A DNA stretch of 63,660 bases, counting the filler, from Licmophora abbreviata (Eukaryota): the NCBI GenBank assembly GCA_900291995.1. It is 14 parts of 14 records of this genome, joined end to end, with 100 filler letters (N's around TTAATTAATTAA, not from the genome) between each part and the next. Parts side by side here need not be neighbours in the genome. Positions count along the whole stretch, not along the records: positions 7,317 to 23,004 come from OLMU01004283.1; 13 more parts are not named here. One strand, 5' to 3'. The translations under genes and the position numbers were made by a program. The notes under the pieces are model-generated. The model saw nothing but the letters and a program-made list of their open reading frames with translations. It made no database searches and was not told the DNA's origin. The first letter of the stretch is position 1. Every line of letters starts with the position of its first letter. This document shows, piece after piece, positions 11,404 to 21,564 of this stretch.

Positions 11404-13352
11404 CTACTTTCGATTGCTGGGGGATGCTTTTCTACCGAATCCACGCAAGCCTCGACGCTTACCGGGCATGCCCGGATCTTCCATTGTCAGTCCTGCTGTC
11501 GACGACGAAAGGCTTGCGTCGATCAAGGACAGCTTCTCAGCAAACTTGGTCATCAAGGCATGCGTATCATCAGTCTTGTTCATATTATGCTTCAAGTCCT
11601 TCCCCAGGTTGGCCACTGTATGAAGCGCCTGTTCAAGAGCTAAGACACGCTGCGTCATGACAGCCAGTTTGGTTTCAAGCTCTGCGTTAGGACCATTCTC
11701 GACCTTGATCTTGTCTTGCGTCTTTTTGAACTTTTCCAATTCCGCAACAATGGGTGCCATCTTCGGATTGTCCATGGCACGCGCTTCCGCCAATGGCGTG
11801 TAGCCGAATCCATTCTCGACATTGATACTCTCGGGGTACGTACTCAAGAGAAGCTGCACCACAGCGGTCGAGGCTCCATTCTGACATGCGTAATGAATGG
11901 CCAGCTTTTCCTGGTCGTCCTTGATTTGCGCGGCACGAGGGTACACCCGAACCAACGCCCTAATAATGTGTTCCGCAGCATTCTTGCGGCATGCATGGTG
12001 CAACGCCAAACGACCCGAGTCATCCTTATACTGTGCCCCCTTGGGCGACGCCCTGAGGAGGGCATCAATGACTCCTTCTGACGCACCTTTAGAACAGGCA
12101 TGATGAAGAGGAAGACGACCATCCTCATCCTTCGTATAGGATCCCTTCGGAAATGCCTTGAGCAAAGTGTCAACAACACCCTGCGGAGCCGCCTTCAAGC
12201 ATGCATAGTGCAACGCCAATCGGCCCTCATCGCACTTCACCTGAGCAGCCTTGGGATTGGCCACGACAAGTGCAGTAACGATTTCGTCCGAGGCTCCATA
12301 GAAACAGGCACAGTGTAGCGGAAGCCATCCATCTTGATCACGAGAGTTGGCGCCCTCGGGGTTGGCCGCTACGAGCGCTTCAATGAACCTGACGGGAGGA
12401 TTCAGAACACACGCTTTGTGCAAGGGCAGGAATCGGAGATTTCCATTGAATCCTTTCGTTACAATCCAGGTGGCCGCCTCATTGGGAAAGGTCCTGGCGC
12501 GCGCCGAAGCACCCGTCCAGTCTTTCTTCAAAACGAGACGAAACAAGACGGTTCGATGTTCGTAGTCCACTTCATTGGCACCACTGCCCAAGACGGACGA
12601 GCTGGATGCGATAGGAATACCCGCTCGATACATACCACTATTGCCTCGCTCAACTTCTTGTTGGAAACGGCGCATGGCACTCATAACGGCTTCCTTGTTG
12701 TGGGACGTACTTGCCTCGACGAGTTCAATGGCCGTACGGCCCTTTCGATCCTTAACACGCGACGATTGAGGGAAGGCATTGAGGAGCGTCAGAACAACTC
12801 CTTTGCTGGCGCCGTTGCGACAAGCCAAATGGAGAGGAAGCATGCCCTGGAGACAAGTGAAAGTGTAGGATGTGTGAGTACGTCTCCTTCAGAATGGGAT
12901 GGCTGCATACACATGACACTCGGAGCTACAATACTCACTTGATCATCTTTCATTTGCGGTCCATCTGGATACGCTTTAATGAGAGCTTCAATCAACGCCA
13001 ATGGCGATCGAAAGATGCACGTGGCATGGATCGGAAGGAGACGCCAGCGTAGTTCCTCACCGTTGGCTTCGCGCCGAAACACCCACGTTTGGGCATCGCC
13101 CGGGCGCTTGTCCAATCGCGCGAGGGCGCCATCCCAGTCCTTGCCTTCAATGCGTTTGTACAGTTCGGACGCGCCATGATCGTAGTCGGTCTCGATCTCA
13201 TCGTCGCCATTGCGGTAAAGAGCGTTCGTGTTTGCGGAAGAATTTTGAGGAGATAGAATGACGGGGGAACGAGGTCCTCCGCCGTACTCGCTCACATCGT
13301 AGGAGATTTGCGTTTCCAGCTTTGAGGGGGGAGTGGAGCAGAGCAGCGACAT
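11404..13352 (-). CDS. Ankyrin-repeat protein with C-terminal coiled coil, 2 exons
   Basis: Repeated D..GRLPLH.AC…A….L…P units. Intron 12938-12847 joins MKDDQ|GMLPLHLAC. Confidence 0.88.
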
Positions 13353-13849
13353 GGTGCTGGATTGTTTGGTATGAAATTGATAGACGTGCGATAGAACCAA
13401 AGTTTCTTCTTACCACTCCGCGACATCCAGTGTGACAGGCCCTAGTCCTCTAGCTCTTGCAATATTGGCGATCGAACATCGGTGCTTCTTTACAAGAGTA
13501 AAATTTTTGGCGGCATTTTGTGAGCGCTCCGCGACACAGTGAGATGCCTTTTGGCGATTTTTGTTAAATGGAACACATCTTTCTATGTGAAATAAATAGA
13601 CATGTATAAACTTCAAACATTTTCAACTTGTGGTTGGCGTCCATGATCGCCTTGTCTTTCACCAACATGGAACAATCCCTGGTAGAAGAAGTAGGAAGTT
13701 CTCGCTGAAGTTGTCAGACACGGCCGCTTGCTATTGCGAACGTGATGACTTCTTACCATTTTCATCCATGCCGAGAGAACCTCGTAGCAGAAGACCTTCT
13801 TGAAGCCGGTCCCATTCTCTGTCCGTCTGACCGGTTGAAGTTTTTGGAG

Positions 13850-13857
13850 TGACGTCA
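13850..13857. promoter_or_regulatory. Perfect CRE/bZIP palindrome TGACGTCA in a divergent promoter
   Basis: About 60 bp upstream of the FNR-like ORF. TGACGT is the known diatom bZIP/aureochrome core; a single 8-mer could be chance. Confidence 0.25.
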
Positions 13858-13916
13858 GTGAACCCCTTTCGAAAGATACGCGAAGCAAACGCCTCGATTT
13901 GTTATGTTAGATTCTG

Positions 13917-14939
13917 ATGGCTCACAATAAGCGTTCAACAATCACCATCATGATGATGACAACTAACACGATATTCATGACCATGTCTGCGTTACTCGTG
14001 TCAATCCTGGTGCTATGTGGTGGGAGTGCAAGTGCCTTTGTCCTGCCGTCGGGGCAGAATGCTGCGGCTTTCGGCGTCAGACGAACTGCTACTACAAACT
14101 CCAAAACTGATGGTATGACTCTTATCCAGAGGCTCCCTGCTGGGTTCGTCAGTCAAAGCACACCGATGCCACCATCCAGTACGACTCTATTTATGGGCTG
14201 GGGTCCTGATCCCATTTGGTCGGACGCCAAGATAACTTCCAGTACCGTCGCTTGTCCTTCCGAAACATGCGTGACCATCGTTGTCGAAGTGGATCCTGAA
14301 GTTGGCGCCGAATACAAAATCCCCGGACAGTACGTTCAAGTCCGATTGAACGATGAAATGGAAAAACCTCTCTTCTTGGCCATGTCAAGTGCTCCTACGG
14401 ATGAAAATACTGCTGGTACCCTCGAGTTCCTAGTCAAAAAGACAGACAACAACGAGTGGTTGACGCAAGGCAGTAGCGGCATGAGTCTGCAAGTTTCTCA
14501 AGTACTTGGTGGCGGCTTTCCGATGCAAGATAACTTTGACGGCTTCAAGTACGACTTTCCGACCCAAAACGTTCTCCTCTTTGCCGTCGGAAGTGGCATT
14601 GCTCCTATCAAAGCAAGTATTGAGAGTGGTCAACTCACTGGCAGTGGACGTAGCGCGCGATTGTACTATGGCGTGCAGAGCGACGAGGATCTCTGTTTCG
14701 TCAACGACTACGCCAAATGGGAAGAACAGGGCATTCAAGTCGTACCAGTCTTGTCGCAGCCGAATGACTCGTGGCAGGGACGGACGGGCTACGTCCAGAA
14801 TGCCCTCGAAGAGGATGGGGTGCCGATTCCGCGCAACAGCGGTGCGTTACTGTGCGGCATGAAGGGTATGGCGGAAAGTGTCAAGGACGTTTTGATGAAG
14901 GCGGGAGTGTTTGAAGGAAGGATTCTGACAAACTTTTAG
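13917..14939 (+). CDS. Plastid-targeted FNR-like FAD/NAD(P)-binding oxidoreductase
   Basis: Signal peptide ending ASA-F, Ser/Thr-rich transit peptide, PGQYVQ, AVGSGIAP, LYYGV, GYVQ, LCGMKGM, C-terminal NF. True start may be a downstream Met. Confidence 0.85.
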   Translation: MAHNKRSTITIMMMTTNTIFMTMSALLVSILVLCGGSASAFVLPSGQNAAAFGVRRTATTNSKTDGMTLIQRLPAGFVSQSTPMPPSSTTLFMGWGPDPIWSDAKITSSTVACPSETCVTIVVEVDPEVGAEYKIPGQYVQVRLNDEMEKPLFLAMSSAPTDENTAGTLEFLVKKTDNNEWLTQGSSGMSLQVSQVLGGGFPMQDNFDGFKYDFPTQNVLLFAVGSGIAPIKASIESGQLTGSGRSARLYYGVQSDEDLCFVNDYAKWEEQGIQVVPVLSQPNDSWQGRTGYVQNALEEDGVPIPRNSGALLCGMKGMAESVKDVLMKAGVFEGRILTNF

Positions 14940-15516
14940 TTGCAGAAGAGAGAGGATTTGCCAATGGGCTGTGCTATGGAGTAAGATATGCAGAAAGTAG
15001 TAGTCTGACTGGGTGGCCATCGACGGCGAATGAGTACATATGAAAACTGATTCATGAGTACAAATTAGACTGCAGCAAGCGACAAAGGAGTCAATTCATC
15101 CCATGTGTATGTGCGCAAAAGGAACATATGATACACTGTAGTAGTATTCATCTTTGCAATCGCCTTGAGTCTCTACCCAGCACTCCCAAAATTGATCCGT
15201 GGGCAGTCGGAGGGCGCGGTGTGTTATAATGTCGCATACGACACGATGCGATCTCCTTTTTCGAACGTCGAGGTTCCGACCAAACTGCGATCCGAAACCG
15301 GCGTGAACTTCACTGTATAGTGTCGATGAACGCCGCCGATCCCCATGCTTGCGCAGCTCGACTACTTCTATCGCCCTTGTTCTGGTTTCTATCTAGAGAG
15401 CCTTACGGTGAGGAAAGTACTTTTGCGGAAAACAGAATCTCCCAAATAATTGATACAAGCTGTAGCGCCGATAGTACTTCATTCAGTTTGTGGGAAAAAT
15501 TCAGAACTGAGGCATC

Positions 15517-17229
15517 ATGACGACGACGACGACGACGACGAGGCAGCACTGCGATGCGACGATTTCTAAGGCATGGCCACTAAAGAGGGGAAATATGTTG
15601 CTGCTACGTCGAGTACTCCAGGCACTGTTGGTGCCGCTCCTATACGGCGATACTACTTATGCTGCTAGTACAGTCGAGCAGCAGCAGCAGCAGTCCTCAT
15701 CTGCTACCACAAATCGTAGTACCAGTAGTACAACAGAAACGCCACTGACCAACGCCAACATTTATCGTGCGGTCCATTTGTGGGTTTCCAATCCTACACA
15801 AGCAACAGAAGTGTACGGTCACATTTCGTCCTGGGACACGTCTGCTATAACCTCCATGAACAAGCTGTTCGAATCCTGCGGCAATTCCTTCGACGAAGAT
15901 TTGAGTGGATGGAACATGGAACACGTGTTGGATACTACCAGCATGTTTGACTATTGTCAGACCTTCCACGGCGATGTGTCATCTTGGAATGTCAGTAGTG
16001 TACGGACCATGTCACACATGTTCCGAGGAGCCACTGTCTTCAATTCTGATATCGGGAGGTGGGATGTGAGCAATGTTCGATCGATGCGCGGCATGTTTCA
16101 GACGACGGCAGCGTTTGATCAGGACTTGTCTCAATGGAATGTGGCATCTTGCACCGACATGGGGTGGATGTTTGCCGGTGCCAAGAAGTTTGTCGGGAGA
16201 GGGATATCCATGTGGAATGTGTCGGCTGTTACCTCGACCGCGTGGATGTTTGCGTTGACCGATGTCTTGGATCAAGACCTTACGCAGTGGGACACCCGCA
16301 ATGTGCTAGATATGAATCACATGTTTTATGTTGCGACAGGCTTTACACAATCCTTGCGAGACTGGAATGTACAGAATGTATACGCAATGAATCACATGTT
16401 TGCCTCGACACACTTGTTCAATGGAGATATTTCGACATGGAATGTCGCAAGTGTCACGACCATGGAAAATATGTTTCGAGACGCCAAGGCCTTCAATGGT
16501 GATTTGAGAAATTGGAATACGGGGCGTGTGCGGACCATGTCTAGCATGTTTCATGGTGCTCTTCAGTTTCGAGGGCGGGGCTTGGATCGGTGGGATACAG
16601 GTGCTGTGAGCAATATGCAGAATATGTTTGACTCGGCCTTTCGATTTGATAGTGACTTGTCAGGTTGGGTCACTTCGAAAGTATCCAAATTGAGCGGCAT
16701 GTTTCGAAATGCTTATTCATTTCGAGGAAGAGGTGTTGGTCAATGGGACGTGAACAACGTCAAGTCCATGGACAGAATGTTCCTTGGAGCCTCAATGTTT
16801 CAGAGCAACCTGTCGCAATGGGAAACGGATAGGGTTCAGAGCATGGCGTCCATGTTTGAAGGTGCAACGGCTTTCAATTCGAATCTTTTGGAGTGGAAAA
16901 CGGGAAAGGTCCAGGACTTTAGGAGAATGTTTCATTGCGCTGAGGCCTTCGATCAAGAGCTCTGCTGGGATTTGTCCGGACTCGAATCGAATGAGAATGT
17001 GGCGGGAGTATTTTGCGCAAGTCGAGGGCGGTTTGACACTTCGTGTGTCAACAGTACCTTGGTGGACATTGCGATGGAATCGTGCCCAAGCACAAACCTG
17101 ACTTGTCCTGTTGCGCCTGAACTTTTACCTACCACTTCTAGCAGTTCTGCCCATTATGGTGCTATGAACGCATGGACAACGTTGAGATTCGTCCTCGCGG
17201 TGGTCAATCTCAATTTTCTACTCCTATGA
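15517..17229 (+). CDS. DUF285/BspA-like (bacterial 25-26-residue surface repeat) protein with signal peptide and GPI-like tail
   Basis: About 15 repeats of W(D/N)VS.V..M..MF..A..F..D(L/I), hydrophobic N-terminal segment (likely start 15595) and hydrophobic C-terminus. Confidence 0.88.
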   Translation: MTTTTTTTRQHCDATISKAWPLKRGNMLLLRRVLQALLVPLLYGDTTYAASTVEQQQQQSSSATTNRSTSSTTETPLTNANIYRAVHLWVSNPTQATEVYGHISSWDTSAITSMNKLFESCGNSFDEDLSGWNMEHVLDTTSMFDYCQTFHGDVSSWNVSSVRTMSHMFRGATVFNSDIGRWDVSNVRSMRGMFQTTAAFDQDLSQWNVASCTDMGWMFAGAKKFVGRGISMWNVSAVTSTAWMFALTDVLDQDLTQWDTRNVLDMNHMFYVATGFTQSLRDWNVQNVYAMNHMFASTHLFNGDISTWNVASVTTMENMFRDAKAFNGDLRNWNTGRVRTMSSMFHGALQFRGRGLDRWDTGAVSNMQNMFDSAFRFDSDLSGWVTSKVSKLSGMFRNAYSFRGRGVGQWDVNNVKSMDRMFLGASMFQSNLSQWETDRVQSMASMFEGATAFNSNLLEWKTGKVQDFRRMFHCAEAFDQELCWDLSGLESNENVAGVFCASRGRFDTSCVNSTLVDIAMESCPSTNLTCPVAPELLPTTSSSSAHYGAMNAWTTLRFVLAVVNLNFLLL

Positions 17230-17333
17230 TACAATGATTCCAAAAATCTGGCATTCGTAGTAGGCTGAGTTCAGAGCAAATGATGATTATGGTACGTTGT
17301 TGGTTTGCCATTCCTGGTACTACAAGTGAGTTA

Positions 17334-19900
17334 TCATGACTTGGGACTCCTTCTCGTCGCTTTGGCAGATGGACGACCGGCTGCCACCCCCACACTCTGA
17401 CGCTTTCCAGACGTTCTGCCCTTTGTCTTGCTGCCCTTGGGTCGTCCACGGCGTGGCGCCGCCATTGCAGTCGCGGCTGCCATTGCCTCTTGGTTTTCGC
17501 GAGGTTCGACTGCTCCCGTACGGTGCGGCGCAACGAACACCTTGGACTCCCCGCGAATATTCCGTCGCCGTTCGGCGTTCGTGAGAAGTCCATCCTCCGA
17601 CTTCTCATCGGCTTCCATGATCTGCTGCATAGTACTTAAAAGAGTGTCGGCGTCGATGAAGGGAATCTGAACGATAGCCTCCCACGACTGTCGCTTGCCA
17701 TTGGGATCTGTCGTAAAGTCGCGGGGGTAGTAGGGTATCAAAGGCGACGAAGGATGCATCATGAGCTCGGCCAGTGGTGCTGGAAGCAGGTTGGAGCTCT
17801 GAGGCGGGAGAACTGACAAAAGCTGTGCTAGGCTAGGAAAGGGCGTGCTGTCTTCGAACCGGAACGTCTTAAACTCGCCATCGGAAATCTCTTCTTCGTA
17901 AAACTCGTCCAAGTTCACCATGTCGGTACAGAGCGGCGCATACAAGTGAGGAAAGTACCAGTCCCAAGACTGGCATCCATTGTGGTAGTAGTTCAATACC
18001 CAGTGCAACCCCTCCAGGTAATCGCGGGCCTGCGAGCGGCGACGAAACAACGTCGAATCTCGATCAGACACGGGCCACCCCAGCTTGCTCTGGTAATAAA
18101 AGTCTCGGTACGATCGAGACAGATCGTCTGGATGACGACGACGAAAGGTGCGGTCGGCATCACTGGATTCCTGTGGCTTCAGCTTTTCACCATTGCCTCC
18201 TCCTGCCTCGTCATCGCTGGATGGTGGTGGACTGGCGCCCTTGCGATTCGCCGGAACCGCGCTTTCTGGAGTCGGCTTGCCGCTGTAGAATGTTCCATAG
18301 AAATCATTGTCATCCACTTCGTTCTCGGCACTCAGCTTCCAGCCCGGTTCATTCTCTTCAAAACCCCGGCGCTTGAAGTGTTCTTCTTCGTACAGAGCCA
18401 AATGATACAAGAGCTGTTCGAATCTCTTCGGATGAATCTTTTCCTTGTCAGTCAGGTAGCCTCCCCATTCGGGCAACAGATCAATGTAATTGGACATCAT
18501 GAGACTGATGGCTCCATTGTCAATTTCCAAATGTGGACAATGCGGCAAAAAATCATTCCCAACCAGCATGCACATGAAGACAAAGTCATCTACAATACGC
18601 GACAAATCATAGTCCACTGTAAGCGCATCCTTGTCTGCAAAGCGCCGAAACTGGAGTGACAGCAGCTGTCTCAACGATTTGAGTTCCAATACTTCAAAGT
18701 CATTCTGATCGTACTCCAACATATCCTTCTTCTTCCTGTACTTGTTTCTACCCCGGCCCGCCATGACGACGCTCATCTTTTCCCTCAAGAGCAAAAAGTT
18801 GGGTTCGTGGGATACAAGTCCCAACATGATCAAGTCGGCGTCCAAACCGTACAAGACATGTGTGTCATTGGGCGTGTATAAGAACGAATTGTCGTCGCTG
18901 GTACTCTTAATCGTGTCGTCGTCGTCAGCAGCAGCAGTGGATGATGCAGCTTTGTTCTTGTTGTTCTCGTAGGTTTCTTGACACTCTCGTATATAATCCA
19001 TCACCTTGTGTTCCCCTTCCCCCTCCACATCCGGTCCACTCACAATGACATTCGCCCCATGGTACTTCCAAAACTCATCCGTCTCTTGCTTATACTGAAC
19101 CCACTTTTGCATGGCCAAGGAGAGTTTCAACATGAAATCAGTCCCAGGAGTAATACAGTTGCTATCGAATCGTTGCGATTCCTCTACAATCTTGCCTTCG
19201 CGCGCCAAGATTTCGGCCGCCGTGATTTCGGCCTCCTTGGCGCTGCGGAAGCGACGCGAGCGCTGCTGGTTCATCTTGGCGCGGGGCGCGACGCCGTCTA
19301 CCGCAAGGTAGAGGGTCTTGTCGGGCTGGACGAGTTTGTAGAGACTATGACGAGTGATTGAAAGAAAAAATGAACGAGAGGTTAGTATATTCGTAAACAA
19401 GATCGAAGCCTGACACCATACATTCAAATTGGTGGTCTTGTGGGTGGTTCGTACCGATCCACGTATAGAAAAATCTTTTTGAACATGGCCGTTTCGTCCA
19501 GCACCACGATTTGTCCTTCTGCATTGTTGTGCGTACAGGGATGAATAATCCCATTCATGTCCAAGTAGAAATGGTCGACCTTGATGTCGTCGGTGAGACC
19601 TTCACTGATGCGTTTGTTAATGTTGGGGTACTGATCTGTGAGCCAACGAAACATTTTGGGAATTCCATAGAGGCAAGTGGAGGACGAGTCGTCCTGACGA
19701 CGATTTTGTCTACTGTTGGGGAGGATTGGAGTGTGCAAGCTAGTACTGCCATGACCGAACCCATGCTCTCGTCTTGTGTTCGTCGGCCTTGCAATCAAGG
19801 GAGCAAACGCGGACGAGGACATGAAGCATGAAAGATACAGAAAAACACAGCACCGGGAGACGAGCAGAAGAAACCGCCTGCTGGTCGCCGAGCTCATCAT
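17334..19900 (-). CDS. XRN: XRN-family 5'-3' exoribonuclease with bipartite plastid-type presequence (~818 aa), 2 exons
   Basis: Intron 19454-19345 joins LYVDR|LYKLV. GIPKMFRW, YLDMNGIIH, DGVAPRAKMNQQRSRRF, GEGEHK, YGLDADL, GNDFLPH, W…PFID. Confidence 0.92.
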
Positions 19901-20502
19901 ATCAGCAGATATCTCTCTCTTTCGTTCTTTGTGCTTTTACAATAGCAGGTAGACTATCGCGAGTCAGTCCGATCTCTTTGTTTGTCGTCCTACGAAGGAG
20001 CAATCTGCGCAGCAGACATCAACTGACTTCCAAGAAGTTTCGAAACAAGAACAGAAAATGGACGGATGTGATGGCCGATGTGATCACCAGAAGGAATCAG
20101 GAATGTTTGAGAGAAAACTGCTCCGATCAGATTGTCCGTGTGATAGACTTTCTGTGTATCGTATCAATCATACCAGGGCACATCCGTATCCAAGATGGCA
20201 GACAGACGTTCCCACCTTCCCGCGCGCTGGCTCGCGCGACACACATCACGAAACATCAACTTCTTTTTGGATTTTTCTGCTCGGGCGGGGATGGAAGATG
20301 GATCGTGGATGATGATGAGGCCAAAAGAAGATACTACAGTATGTACACAGTGATGAAGAAGTAGACTGTGAGATTCCTCTCAACGTACTGTCAGGCACTA
20401 CTGGTCTAGTGATCCGTGTTCTTGCTTGATTCTGCTGCTCTCGAATAGTAGTACTAGTACTAGTAGTAGTACTAGTTCACTCAAAAAATCATCATCATCA
20501 TC

Positions 20503-21216
20503 ATGACAAAGAACAACAAGACGAGGATTGTCTTTGCGTGTCAGTCCAACAGCTGTCGTTCCCAAATGGCAGAAGGGTGGGCGCGTGAATGGATGCGTCG
20601 ACAATTGGAAGTTGTGTCGCACGGTGCACCCAGGATCTTGGAGCGGCTCCGTTCGACCAAAATCTGTTCGGTTGCCTTGAATGAAGATCTCAATGAACGA
20701 AACAATCATCATGTTCAAGTCAAGCCCAGAGCCATTCAAGCCATGGCCGACAACAACATTGATATTTCCTCTCATTATGTCAAGACACTGAATGAGGCGC
20801 TGGACGACATTCTTTTGCAGGAGAATGATACGCGTAGTACAGTTGCTACTACCGATACTGCCACTGCACAATCACAAAAAGTCGGCACTTGCACCGACGA
20901 AGACAAGCCTATTGACAAGTTGATCGTCTTGTGTTCCTGTGGTGACACTGTTCGACAGAGACTGGAAGAACTTTCGAACCATGTGCACGTGTGGAATATT
21001 GAGGCACCGAGTAAGACAGTCGATACTAATAAAACGGAAGGGGATGCCTACCATCGTGTGAGTTTACAGATTCGCGATCGAATTTATGAGCTCATGGAAC
21101 AGACAGTCATTCTTCAGTGTCAAGAGGAGAAAGAATGTGGCAGCAGTAGAGACAGAGAGTCGTTGGAGGAAAAGGTCCAAAGTGGTGGGCCGTGTAGGCC
21201 GTGTGAACTGTGCTAG
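20503..21216 (+). CDS. LMW-PTP / ArsC-type arsenate reductase fold protein
   Basis: IVFACQSNSCRSQMAEG P-loop, A..AM….IDISSH..K, LIVLC. Confidence 0.8.
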   Translation: MTKNNKTRIVFACQSNSCRSQMAEGWAREWMRRQLEVVSHGAPRILERLRSTKICSVALNEDLNERNNHHVQVKPRAIQAMADNNIDISSHYVKTLNEALDDILLQENDTRSTVATTDTATAQSQKVGTCTDEDKPIDKLIVLCSCGDTVRQRLEELSNHVHVWNIEAPSKTVDTNKTEGDAYHRVSLQIRDRIYELMEQTVILQCQEEKECGSSRDRESLEEKVQSGGPCRPCELC

Positions 21217-21564
21217 ATTGAGAAGCGGGCACGACGGGATGGGCAAGCCTACTATCATAGGTACTAAAGGATTGCAAGGCAGAAAGGGAGGGGATAAAGA
21301 TTAGTGTATCGTACCAGGTATTCTAAGGTACGAGGAGTACTCGAAACATCAAGAAACATTGGCGATTATAGTAGTACTTTGTTTCTGTGTCGTAGCTTCG
21401 CATTCTAGTCGATGCACAGGTGTGACAAGGATATCATACGTAGAGTCGAATGCGCTAGCTCGTAGAGCTCGTATGGTCATCGCATTATGACTTATGACCT
21501 TTTTGGGACAGTCTTTGGACGTGATCGAAATTATGCTCACAAAACGTTCCAAATTTTACACATC

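Noticed and set aside
20446..20478. TAGTAC/AGTACT palindromic run upstream of the ArsC-like gene
   Set aside because: Low-complexity TAG/TAC microsatellite; self-complementarity follows from its composition.
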